Positions 30,200 to 44,330 of a stretch of 64,000 nucleotides of DNA are shown one piece after another (position 1 is the stretch's first letter; the number at the start of each line of letters is the position of its first letter). The notes beneath the pieces are model-generated. The model made no database searches and was not told the origin of the DNA. It was given only the letters and a program-made list of their open reading frames with translations. The DNA lies in assembly GCF_000150275.1 (NCBI RefSeq), contig NW_002060946.1, positions 987,562 to 1,051,561 of the forward strand. Direction: 5' to 3'. The translations under genes and the position numbers were made by a program. This stretch comes from Trichoplax adhaerens. Lineage: Eukaryota > Animalia > Placozoa.

Positions 30200-33100
30200 A
30201 TGGTAGAATCTTCCTACGATAACGAATCTATCCTGAGTAGATTACACGACACAGCTTCCATTAATAATAGGAAACGCCTAGAAAGAGAAGATTCCGATTC
30301 TGAAAAGCAAAAGCAGAAACGATTTCGTACTACATTTACTAATGGACAGTTAGAAGAACTAGAGAAAGCTTTTGCAATTACTCATTATCCGGATGTATTT
30401 ACTCGAGAAGAAATTGCTAGTCGAGTTGATTTGACTGAAGCAAAAGTACAGGTTAGCAAGTAAAATAAATAATCTCTGTTAATAACCCGTTAATCAGTAT
30501 GGTAATTATTTCTTTATTGCCTGTCAGCCATTAATTTGAATAGAGATTAGTATGGATTAAAAATATTAAATTGTTTTTTTACAAAAACACTTATAAATAG
30601 ATTCGTAAATATCAAGGTTGATATCGTTGATAGTATTTGCTGATTATACAGTATTAAAATATAGTCGTTATTGCTTTGAAGCAATAACAAGAAAATAACT
30701 GACTGCACTAATTTGAAACCAAAAAACAATTATCACAAACTATTTTTATGGTGTACTCAAGTATTGAATTTGAAAGTTTTGTATGCTGTATACTAGAATA
30801 TTTACATTTAACGATTTATTAACTTCGGTTAAATTACTGTAAATCAGTACCGGGCAATAAGCAATACCTAACGGAAAAGCCTCAATTTAAAATATTAGTA
30901 ATACTTCGGGTTTATAACTTCAAAATGAAATGAAAATCTTCAAGTAGAAATAGAATAAAGCATACGCATAGACTTACAAATTCTATGATCGTAACCAGTG
31001 ATTCGTCATTCGACGCGAACTACTGTACAATTTTATAAAATCTGAGAACGTTTACAATAATCAGTTATCAATAGTCTAAACACTTAATTGGTAAAGTGTT
31101 GACCCATGTAAAATCATTCAATATCGATCTGATTGCAGTACACGTATTTCAGGGTGATCAGATAGCATTGTGCTCTAGTCAGCAACTTCTAAATATTTAA
31201 CGTACCACTACTGTTCCAATTTTCTTATTATTAGCCTATATTAATACCTAAACGCGCAATAATAGAAATGCAGGTAAAATCTGTAGGTTGACTTAATAAT
31301 AAAACTTCTTACTACCCGTATATCGATTGATAAGGGAAAAATAGTATACACCTATATTCAAAATCTTTCCTTAAGTCGTAATACATTGCTACCAATCGTG
31401 AATTTAGTTGCTACCGTTGATTCCATATCACGACACTGTATATTCATTATCCGATGCTTTGACAAAGAACACTAATTCAATATTAATACAGACCAAAATT
31501 GATTTGCCTATACGTATGAGTAAAATTCCAATGGAAACATCATCGATATCGATTTATGTTACGCGTATGCACAAAGAGTTGTTTATTTGATAATTTTCAC
31601 ATCGGATAATTGGATAAGCAAGCTGTGTATTTTAGTACAGCATTGATAGCAAAATATACTGGATAGGACTACTAAATGAATAAATTATTTTTAGTCAATG
31701 ATTAATCATTACTCTTTTTCGCCGTTCTTATTTCTAAAGCACGAAAAATTTCACTATCATAATTGCCAGAATTCGTTTATTGTTCAGTTGGACTTCATTT
31801 CGTGATTATCTATATTTCGTTCAATGTTCTAAGTCAAGATTATTATACAATAATATAATTAGTTATTCTTGTCAGTCTGCAGTATAGAGCTGAATATTTC
31901 TTCGATGTATAAATGAATGTATTGCATGGTAGTTCTAACAATGTCTTCTCCTTTTTCCCTAAATTCATCGGAGATCAATTTGTAAGATACAGCCTGTAAT
32001 TATGATGTAGTAATTAGCTATTAGTTTGGGGAATCTTGCCTAATTAACTATGTGTTATTTATTTCCTTAATTGAGGGATAGACCAAGAAATTACTTTGAT
32101 TATTGGAGATTACAAAATTTAAAATTTTGAATAGAATTGATTAGTAATAACGCTGATAATAGTTATTCTGCATGAGAAGCCTACAAACACTCCATTTGTG
32201 CTACGTAGAAGAATTTCTCAAGTAGTAATGTTAGCAAGTTTCTAAAAAATACAAGTTTACAGAAGTATTCAAATAAGCGATTTATAGATCGTTATTCATA
32301 CTAATGATTCAGCTATTTGCCTAACAATGTTTTTACGGTATGAAGCACTCGCTTTAGTAGTTAGTGATAGTGGAGCATATTAATTTTTAGTTACAGCTAT
32401 TGACGTCGGTTGCTTCTCCTGTTCTGATAATTAATTATTGTAATCTACTTACATGTAATTAACTTACTGTATAGCATTATGTCTCGGATTAGCTTAAGTT
32501 ATCTAATAGTTATAATCGAGAGACATAGATGCTGTAAATAAGGCTTTCCCAATAAACAAGATTGTAAATCATTTTATGGATTCGAGATTTAAATTCAAAA
32601 ATTCGCAATAATATTAGTCTATTTTAGAATTATGATGTTGACGTAAATTTTATAAAACTTTCTAATCATGTTTAGACAATATTGATTATAGTTATTATTT
32701 ATACTAGCGGCACATAGTAATGGTCAATCACTTGATAGTGATCCTGTTCTATATTTGTTAATTTAAAGTTATTACCTTACAAAGGCAATCGTATTTAATG
32801 ATACATTTCACTTTATAGGTATGGTTTCAAAATCGGCGTGCAAAGTGGAGAAAGCGACAGAAATCGACAGGTCCAACACGTTCCAGTAGCACACTAGAGA
32901 GTACTGCTAGCAGTATTTATAACCACAACAACGATTCGCCATCTTTTGCGGATCCAATACGAGTTCGACATCATCCAACAATGAGTTTAGAGGCATATAA
33001 TAATTATTTCGTTTGGCCGAAACAACAGCAAGTCAGCCATACAAACGGTAGTAATAGTTCTAGTTATTATCATTACAATGTACCATCATTTGGCAAACGG

Positions 33101-33253
33101 AATTTGATGCAATATGGACATCCGACAGCTTTTAGCGGCAGTTCAGCAAGTACTCCTTTCGCCTTCAATCCCATGATGCAGTCAGCAATCAATTCAGGAT
33201 TTTTTAATACCTATCAACGTGATAGCTATCCTTACGGCTATTCTTTATGTTAA
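30200..33253 (+). CDS. Arx: PRD-class Q50 homeobox protein, Arx/aristaless-like
   Basis: Exons 30200(30189)-30451 and 32819-33253 give the homeodomain [47 protein letters not shown]|[15 protein letters not shown]. The intron between residues 46/47 is typical of the PRD class; [11 protein letters not shown] points to Arx/al. The start may lie further upstream (24747). Confidence 0.85.
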
Positions 33254-35229
33254 AAGCATATATGTGTGTGTACATCGAGCATTAGTATCAATATTGATGA
33301 TATCCCAATAGATTAGAAAATATTATGCGTTGTTAACGAAATACTGAGTGTGCAATACTCTTCGATCTCGTTTTCTCTTTTTTTTTCATCTTACTGCCAA
33401 TATTGTAATATGCTGTCTTATAAATATGCTAGCCATTTATTAGTAAATTCGACGAACTTTTTGAAATTTTAATATTATACTTATTCTTAGTATGAAAGTT
33501 TGGCTACAATATCGTGTTGGTGATAAAACTTTAGCTATTATTAATGATTCAAATAAGATCATGGCTAAATAGAGATGACTCTATTACCAGATTCAGTTGG
33601 CTGACCTGGCTGTTTTTATTCTGTTCCATTTTATTGATCGGATTTATCAAACTGTACAGTCATATAATATGTTGTATATGTTACAATTCCCTCCATTCAA
33701 TTTACGTAGTGCATACGATGCATTTTTTTGCAATTTTAACTTGATAATCCAATTAAGGAAGATTTCTTCTCCTATTAAGAATTCGTTGTCAATCTTTGAC
33801 GCAAGCTGCATGACTCGGTAGAGTATTGTAAATTCCGTTGTACTGATTTGCAATACTGCGATGCAAATATGAGTTTTTGTTTTTATAAACTGCTTTAAAT
33901 TTTTTTCCTTTCCAGTTCGATTTAACTACAGTATCTATTATTATATTATTTTACTCAACACCTGGCCTGGTCAAGAAAAGATTTCTTGTATTTATCCTTA
34001 GTGATGTGTTATTACCAACAGCTATTATACACAGTGTTATATCGTATTTTATTTCATATATCTTGAATTTCATTGCTCAGTCCGCATATGATTTGTAGTT
34101 AATTACTGCGGACTCTGTTATGACCAGGATTTGCTACGGGAAACTATTTTAGCATATTACTCAAGCAGTTGTATGCAGTATCCTTGCTATGCTATCCTAC
34201 CTCGTCGTGTGTAATGACACCCATGCTAAGGAGCCTACATAATAGGAACATCTATATATTACAGAATTAATAAAAACGTTTTCCTTCCTGATACGAGAAT
34301 AAGGGTACGATGTACTCGTATATGTATAATTTAATCTTGCATTCTTCTTACAGTATACTTGCGATATACCAATATTAACCATAAAGAGAAAATAAGACTA
34401 TTGTCTGTTACAAGGAGTAAAATGTTGTCAATAATTTTAGCTTATATCACACATATATAAAAATTCCTTAAAAATTTGATGGAAATATGAAACAATTAAT
34501 TAATAATAATCCGATGATATAAGAGTTTAATGTAGCAAAATAACATGATAGTATTTTATGCATTGGGAACGTTAAGTAATACATTGCTACACAGTACATC
34601 AAAAATTGAGATAAATTGATAGGAAATTGTTTGTCAATCTGATATAGCCGTAGCTATATCAAAATGACGAAACAGGATAAGGCTGTAAAGTCACGTATTT
34701 ATGAACAATAATCAAGACTTTGCAGTACGTATAATAGCAAGGTGCGTTTTTATATGAGCTTATTCATTACTACATCAGTACGGTAGTGGTTTTCTGTATG
34801 CTATTTTGTAATACTGACGCTTTAATTCGTTGTATTAGTATATATATACATATTACCGAGTGACATGGGAAATAAACGTAATAAGTTATGGTAATATGAT
34901 AAAAGGCAGTGATTGCCATACTAAAGAGAGATCAGTCTAATATAAGTTTTACGTAACAAACATGTTTTGCAGTATTTAGCATTGTCAATAACGATAACAA
35001 ATCTTATATCACATTATCATTAACATGATGATACTCAATGAGCATGTTTTATAAGTAAGAGAAGACAATAATATCACGTAATCCGTAGCATATTACTTTT
35101 ACTCTCTAAAAGATACTTAAGACTTTCATCATTGTTATGTTTGATAAAGATCTTCAGTTACGCGGTTCATGACTGAGGGTTATTACCAATTGAAGATCGC
35201 TGAAGGAAAGTTGGATGTCATTGCAGCAT

Positions 35230-37018
<1,789 letters not shown>

Positions 37019-37427
37019 GGGTCACTATTTGCAATGATATCGAGTACAGAGAGAGAGGGAGAGAGATCGATCCAAGGCAATTATAAATGACGTTGCCAAT
37101 ATGCAAAGATTTCTACCCCGATGCAATCAGAGTAGATCGTGGAGGATTCAAAAGTCACAAGGTAAGCGATAGGACGTGGAAAAAAAAAAAAATGGAGATT
37201 AATACCTTTTCGACGTTTCTACCAACCACCAATTCGATCTGTGTCTTCTTTAGTCACACACACACACAGCACTATACGATCAGGAAGAGAGTCTGGTATA
37301 AAGCTCAAGAAGGTTGTTACCATATAAGTATTAGTATAGTCGTGATCGACTCTTTCCAGTACCGTAGTAGCCAGTGTCAATCTAGGACGACCAGTGAGTT
37401 TGCGCGGTCGACTACTCTACGTTAAAG

Positions 37428-37865
37428 CCATACTGTACAGTACACTGAGTGGACAGTACTGTACACTGAGTGGATAGTACTGTACAGTACCATGGCGCTA
37501 AGGCCGCTGGCACTACAGTCAATATTGACAAACGTTGTGGCCAAGATAACCGGCAGACGTCAGACGACATGCGAGATCATCGTGCATGCATGGTTGACGT
37601 CTTTTCATACACACACTAGTAGTGGGTGACACTACAACTGGATTGGACGTGTCTTGTTCAGTACGGTACACTGACACGACTGACGTCATCTTGGTAGAGT
37701 ACACTGTACTGTAGTCGTCATTGACTTGACCGACTCACTTCATCCACCGTGGTACGCCCCCGATGGAAGACCGTATGGGTGGGTACAGTGCATTGTACAG
37801 GATACTGTCCTACGCTTTACTATGGAATGCAAGTGTACACTGTAAAAGTGTACTGTAGTATACGG
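37428..37865. repeat. GTAC/TACAGTAC-rich, CpG-rich block upstream of NKAP containing a 21-bp direct repeat
   Basis: GTACACTGAGTGGA(C/T)AGTACT twice at ~37440-37481. Many GTACTGTA/TACAGTAC words. Ends are imperfectly inverted (CCATACTGTACAGTACACT ... AGTGTACTGTAGTATACGG). Confidence 0.65.
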
Positions 37866-39179
37866 CAGACGACTCACCCTGCGACAGTCATCAAGTAGAC
37901 GCTTCACCTGTGTGGATGCTTCAATGACAACCACTACCACAGCTATAGTAGAACCTTGACACAACCTTTCCACTGGCATTTATTATTATTCCCACAGACT
38001 AAGCACTGACGATCATTGAACATTTTTCACTGATGGCCATCTTTGAATGGTAGATCGTCTTTGAAGTAGCAAGAATAATCCATTGCTTGCAGTCCACATG
38101 GCCAAGTAATATCGTAGTTGTATAGCCGTTACGGAATTATCGATGACTATTGAGTCCTACTTATTATCATCGAGTACTGCGGTTAACTTCCGTTGAAGAA
38201 TGAGAAAATAATTCAATAAAACCACTGTATATCATTTTCATTTCAGGTGTTAAGAAGCAAAGGCGACATATTGCTTTCTGGACTTCCGTTGCATTGGATA
38301 GCCGTGTTGACGATATAAAATTGAAGATACAGAAAGACATTTTCAGACGTTTTCAATTTTATCCATCTATCCTATAGGATTATTGCATATACTTAGACTT
38401 ATTGCAGTAGGATTATCTCCAAGTGTGCGTATCGATTGCTTTCCATTTTGGACACTGCGTTCACCAAAGTGGTCGAATACTGTCTGTAATCGACCGACCG
38501 ACCGTTCAACAAGCTTGATGCTTTTAGTGGCCAATTTTTTTTTCTCTCCCCCCAATCCTTTCCCTGTGTTGGTTAACCTAAACGCGTCTTGGCTTCCACC
38601 TGGCTGCTGATCTTAACCTTCTTATCTGGATAGAACATGACAGCCGGCTAATCAACCCAAATAAAATCGAATAATGTAAGTACCAAAAATGGGCCAATTC
38701 CTCCCATTATATCATACGATTGATATACTGTACAATAGTATTAAACAGATTTCCACTATCTTGCATTATTAATTGATTTTATTATAATGTACTACCATAA
38801 CTCGTGCAAGCCTCATAAAGTATCAATCGGCTTTGATCCTTCTTTATTATTACTACGATTATGGTTGGAATACTGTATTGAATCTTGTCTCAGCAAGGAA
38901 TGAGATTAATGAAAATTTGATTGGCTACTCACTTCTTGGAATAAATTACTGTATTAGCTGATAGGACTACTACGTACAGTTTACCAATTTCGCATTCTGA
39001 AGCCGTTCCTCTGATTTTTACATTTTTATTATCTAACAATGTCCAAAAGGGACTTTCTTGCACGCACAGATTTCCTTTATAATTAATCATAATAATGTTG
39101 AAAATCACATAACCACGTCAGTTTAGGCGCTTTGCTACCACTACTGGATATTATTGGAATTTGAAAGAGTCAACTGGTC

Positions 39180-39336
39180 ATGGAAACGCAAGATTTCGCT
39201 ATCCCTGTTTCCCTACCATCAGGCATGCTTACTACCGATGGCACTAATATCAAATTGTTGATGGACCAAAATGACAACGATAATGTAGCTCTAGAAAACA
39301 TCAGTTTAGAAGAGGATGTTGTCAAGCTAGCTAAAG
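39180..39336 (+). CDS. Candidate 5' coding exon, possibly of the RasGAP gene
   Basis: Acceptor at 39126, in-frame upstream stop, ATG at 39180, open to AAAG|GTTTGC. Peptide ENISLEEDVVKL loosely recalls the N-terminal coiled coil of Gap1/Sar1 proteins. Connection to the downstream exons was not resolved. Confidence 0.3.
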
Positions 39337-42300
39337 GTTTGCCCTTATGACATAACCTGTAATTATATGTTGTCAAACGTGAAATTTTTTTTATTGCTAT
39401 TAACAATTGTCACGTAGTGGTGTCGACGTGAATAAAGCCACAGCGTTTGTTGAGCTGGCGTCGACATTTGCAAATGACCAAATTTATCAATTTTCTTGCT
39501 CCTCGACACTGCTTTGCAATGATATTTAGAACGCTATTATGGGCCACACTATTTTCACGCAGAAGCAGTATTCATTTCTTCATTGGTAATAATAACTTAC
39601 ATCAAATAGGCTTTTTTAACCAATGAACTACACTACATATAAGTATATTTTAACTGAAATAGACCTATAAAGTCATATTTTGATCATTTAAATTAAAATA
39701 CCTATAGACAAGTGATTGCGATTAATGGGGTATTGTCGAGCATACTATTTGTCCACCTTATTTTGTCCAAGCAGTACAAGCCATAAATTTTTAAATTATG
39801 AGCATTCAATTTCATCATAGTTTGGTCAGCAGATGAAAGTATTATAATGCTTTTATGATTATTATTATTTACAGCATGGCTTTCGACTGTAATTCTGAGT
39901 TAGTCGATAGAAGTGAATTAATGAATTACCGTCATTATCATTTTCATTGTCGTCAAGCCAGAGTAATAGAACCTACAGTCTAATAATCGATTGTTATTTC
40001 CCAATATTGTTATTAAATATTGTAAGAAATTCTTCGCGTCACAAAGACTTTTACATACGCTGTAGTCATAAATGCGTGTTTAGACTGTTGCTATTGAACA
40101 TTAAGCTGACGCACTTGTACCCCTTTTTTTATTTCTACAGTACGACAAAGGAAGTTAGATGAAGTTTTAGATTGTAATTGTCGCAAAGCTGTCAGGGTTG
40201 CGACATATCAAAATTAGTCTGGTTAATATACAATATGCTCGCATATTTCTTAAAATGGAAGAGTTTTTATTTACATTTCCGTGGTCAGATGCTATACAGT
40301 GCGGCATTTATTGCACAGTTTCACGAATTAGGATATAGTACTACCGTCTAATAACCCTAGAATACGAGTACGTTATCATCTAGGAAATAATCAACCCACT
40401 ACAATTGACACAGAGGTACTTGTAAAAGCTATTAGTTCATAAGTGTCGCCGTTCTGTTCGATGTTTAATACCCTTGTTACCTATTACAATTATAATCTCG
40501 CGGCCGCAGTATTAAATTATTAACTATCTCATTTTATGCTTGCCAATGATTTACTGTGATGAAACGCTGATCGTTTAATACGTACAGTATAAGTAAGCTT
40601 AACAAGAGTTTTTTGTGCAGTATTGATAGTGGACAATCAAATACTTTGAATATAGAAATGCTTTTCGATTTCCCTATACAATTTGCAACCTACGTGAATA
40701 TTTCTTTATTTTATTCCTAAGGATAGACGTCTGTCGTATTTTATTATTATTTACGAATTATTAATTGTCTAGAAAAATCATGAAAAATATTCGTACTACA
40801 TTAATGCAACATACAGTCTACTGGAAATTTCTACCGGTTGAATTTTTAGTAGTCTGTGACTGCACGGTATCTGCATATGATAGGTTTTCTTTCCGCTTGG
40901 ATTTCACTATTTACTGAGCACAGTGAGCAGTTTACAGCTAAGACTTTAATATCAAGACTGATTCAATTTTGCACGCGCCTTGCTACAGAATTTGATTTCA
41001 GATATTGCGGGACCCATCTCATGAATCATATGATCCCGAAGTTGGGAAACTATTTCAAGTATAGTACGATACCGCGCGTCGAGGGACTCCAAAAATGGAG
41101 TCTCTGGTACATTCGTGTACGATACTATGACATTGAATTTTGCATGTTTTCTCATCAGTTTTTGCAACTGTACCAGTATTTACGATATATTTCTGTTCCT
41201 ACAGATAAAAGTTAAAATTATCTTATATTAAAAATATTAACCTGTTAACCGTTATTTCGCAAAAATGTAATAACACATGAGAATATTTGAATTAAATAAT
41301 TACCATGCGTAAAAATTTTCGCTTGCTTCGATTGAAATTCGATACCACATACTGTACGGGATCAACTTTTATAGATAAATAATGTCCTTCTTACACGAAT
41401 ATTCTTATAAAATGAATTAATCAGGTAATGTGAATTCTTTGTTTAATATAGCTCGTCGAGAAATTCGGAATAACATTTCTAAACAAAGTGTAATCAATTT
41501 TCACCTTAAGCAACATATCAGCAACTACGATACTTATATTGGTTTACTTGTCAGGCATAATCTTTGCTTAAAGGTAACTATTTTTGTATTACCTTACACA
41601 TATAATTTATGATATTATTATTACACCGTACAACGCTGTACGCATACATGTCTAGAATAGAATTATTTACGGCTTATTTCTGAAACTTGTGCCAATAATA
41701 TTACAAGCAGAATAGGATTCTTAAAATTGACGGAAATGCCAATTGTTGAGAATATTAATCTACTGTATATACCATTCGATATTCTTTCAACGTAGTGACA
41801 TTATATCTATTTAATCTTACAAGCCTTCATTTATAGTAATGCACACTTTCAAGTACTTTAGATCGAGACTCCATCCGTTTATAATATTATTACCAAAAGA
41901 TCGTTGACTTCTAGCATACGTATGTCGCTATCGAAATTCATCCCAAGCATAAATGATATGAATTTTTGCACAGATCCTTAGTTTAAAATACGACAACACT
42001 GATTACCTTATCCATTATTAATTATATTACCGGTGTCGTATAGAATTTTTTGTATTCTCGAAAGTAAAAATAATTCATTGTATTCTTATTAAAAAGAATT
42101 ATTAATTAATTAAATGATGTATTTGAATGGTAGAAGATGCTTTTATGATAACGTTAACTTAATGTATCAACATAGAATATTATATTATCGTGCTCAATAT
42201 TTAATAACACCTTGAATGCAGGATACCGTACTTAACGAGAGTGTATAATAATTGAATCACTTTTACGAAAATCCGGCAATATCTACAAGGAAAATATAGT

Positions 42301-44330
42301 ACCGTCTATGGAACGATATACAGTACTTTTATCTTATTCTTGTATAGACACGGATACGAGATCAAGGAGGCCATTGTAATTGTTACTTTCTAAATTTTTT
42401 GTACAAGCGATACTACAAGTACACTATTGCAGACGTGCACAGTACTGTGACTACTGTCCGTGGACTATAATTAATTCATCGTAATTCATTACTGAATTAG
42501 TGATACACTAGATCCACACTGGACTTAGCCTATGATTAACACCTACGTGCTTATACTCGTACTATACTTTGTAGCATATTGGTTACAATTGCAATTATAT
42601 CCGTAATATTTTAATGTAGTACATTAAAGTAAAATACGGTGTTTTAAATTCTTGTGAAGATATTGTGCATTTTAAAGTAACTTACTGCTCAGTACTGTAC
42701 AATATTGCTTCGAAAACGACATAGTGACATATGAAGGGCGTACATACATTTTACTAAATATTTTACTCCTTTATAATTAGATAGATATACGAGTACACTA
42801 TTATAAAAATTGAAATTGTTATTGTAGTTAAGATTTAATTAAATAATATCATTATATGATCAAATTTAAAAAAGTAATCTTAAAATGAGAACTCTTCCTT
42901 GCATATCGTGAGGGATTACAGGTCAATAGAAATATGAACTTCTACTTGTGTTAAGATCGAATAAATTATAGCATATTAATGTAAATACTACGTCAATGGT
43001 ACAGTACAGTATACGTAATTAATAATACCGCAAGGAGATAGCGCACCGCATAAGAAATATAGAATGTAATTATCATTCTAGCTGTGTTTATTCTGAATTG
43101 GTGCTGTTTAATTCTGTCATCAAATGTTGTGATTAATTATTTTATTGGTAACTATTATGGATTTTTGATAATGCATCATCTCAGGATGCCGCCGACCGAT
43201 TGGACCGTCTTGACGCAGTAGAGCCACGATATCTAGGTAAAAACGTTGAATGTGCTGATAGTTGCACTGTAATTTTTAATGAAGTCATAATTGGTACTAC
43301 AGCATTGTAGCGTTTACGTTATACAGTAGGTGTCGATAATTGTGGTTATGATCAGTACAAATAATGAACTAATATATCGACCTACTATTGCGTTAATTGT
43401 ATTGTCGAGGCTACCACATAAAACTAGATAGGTCAGCTAGTTGTTCTACTCATTGTAATGTATATATTTTCGTAATAGACATGCCCCTATACCCCTAGTT
43501 TACATTTTTTTATTGGCCTAAAAATACGCAATTGTGATACGAGTTATATATTTTAGAACTGCATATTATCTGAATGTAATTGAGATCGATTTGGATCAAA
43601 GCAGGGCTCCAGCTAGCTCGTATTTTTATTTCTTGTGAAAGAATACCTGCTTGAAGATACAATACATTATAATGCGTTTCTAAAAACATAGTGCTAGTGA
43701 TTTGTCGTACGTCATAAAATATGAATACATTATTCAGATACAAGGAGGTATTTTAATTTACTATGCTATTTCGACACTTTGTATACTTAGAAACGTGTTT
43801 CCAGAGCTGATACCGTACTCAACGTAATTTACATCGCATGCTTATTTTTTAATTAGTATCAGAAACTGTATCCTGTATTGGCTAAAATGTGAACTGTATT
43901 TCTTGTCTTAGATAGAACGTTATGTACATATTCAAACTTTTTACTATTTACTGTAAACTGACCCATTTTTGTCATGTAATTTTAAATAATAATCTTTGAA
44001 ATTTTACTCTGAATTTTTATTCGACTTCCTTTACTTTAACCTATAGCGGTCCAAAAATGGCTGTTTTGATTAAACTCTTTGTCTTTATACTGTAAAATTA
44101 TTTGCTAACATTTTACAATATCTTTTAGCAATAGAACCCTGTAGTTTTCAAAGAATATATCTTCTCGGTTACACCTGGTAACCTCTTACGAGTTTTTCAT
44201 TTAATCAATAACTTCATTACTAACAGACCGCGACAGCAATAGAAGGGGGGCTAGTGCATTTACGTAGTGTTCTGACGTTTTATTTGATATGATATTCCAT
44301 TGTTTTAATGATCGATTGCTCCTGTTTTAG

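Noticed and set aside
37440-37481. Short direct repeats (and the 76/131/215-bp duplications) as a CRISPR-like array
   Set aside because: Only two copies each, no unique spacers, no cas genes, and a eukaryotic context.
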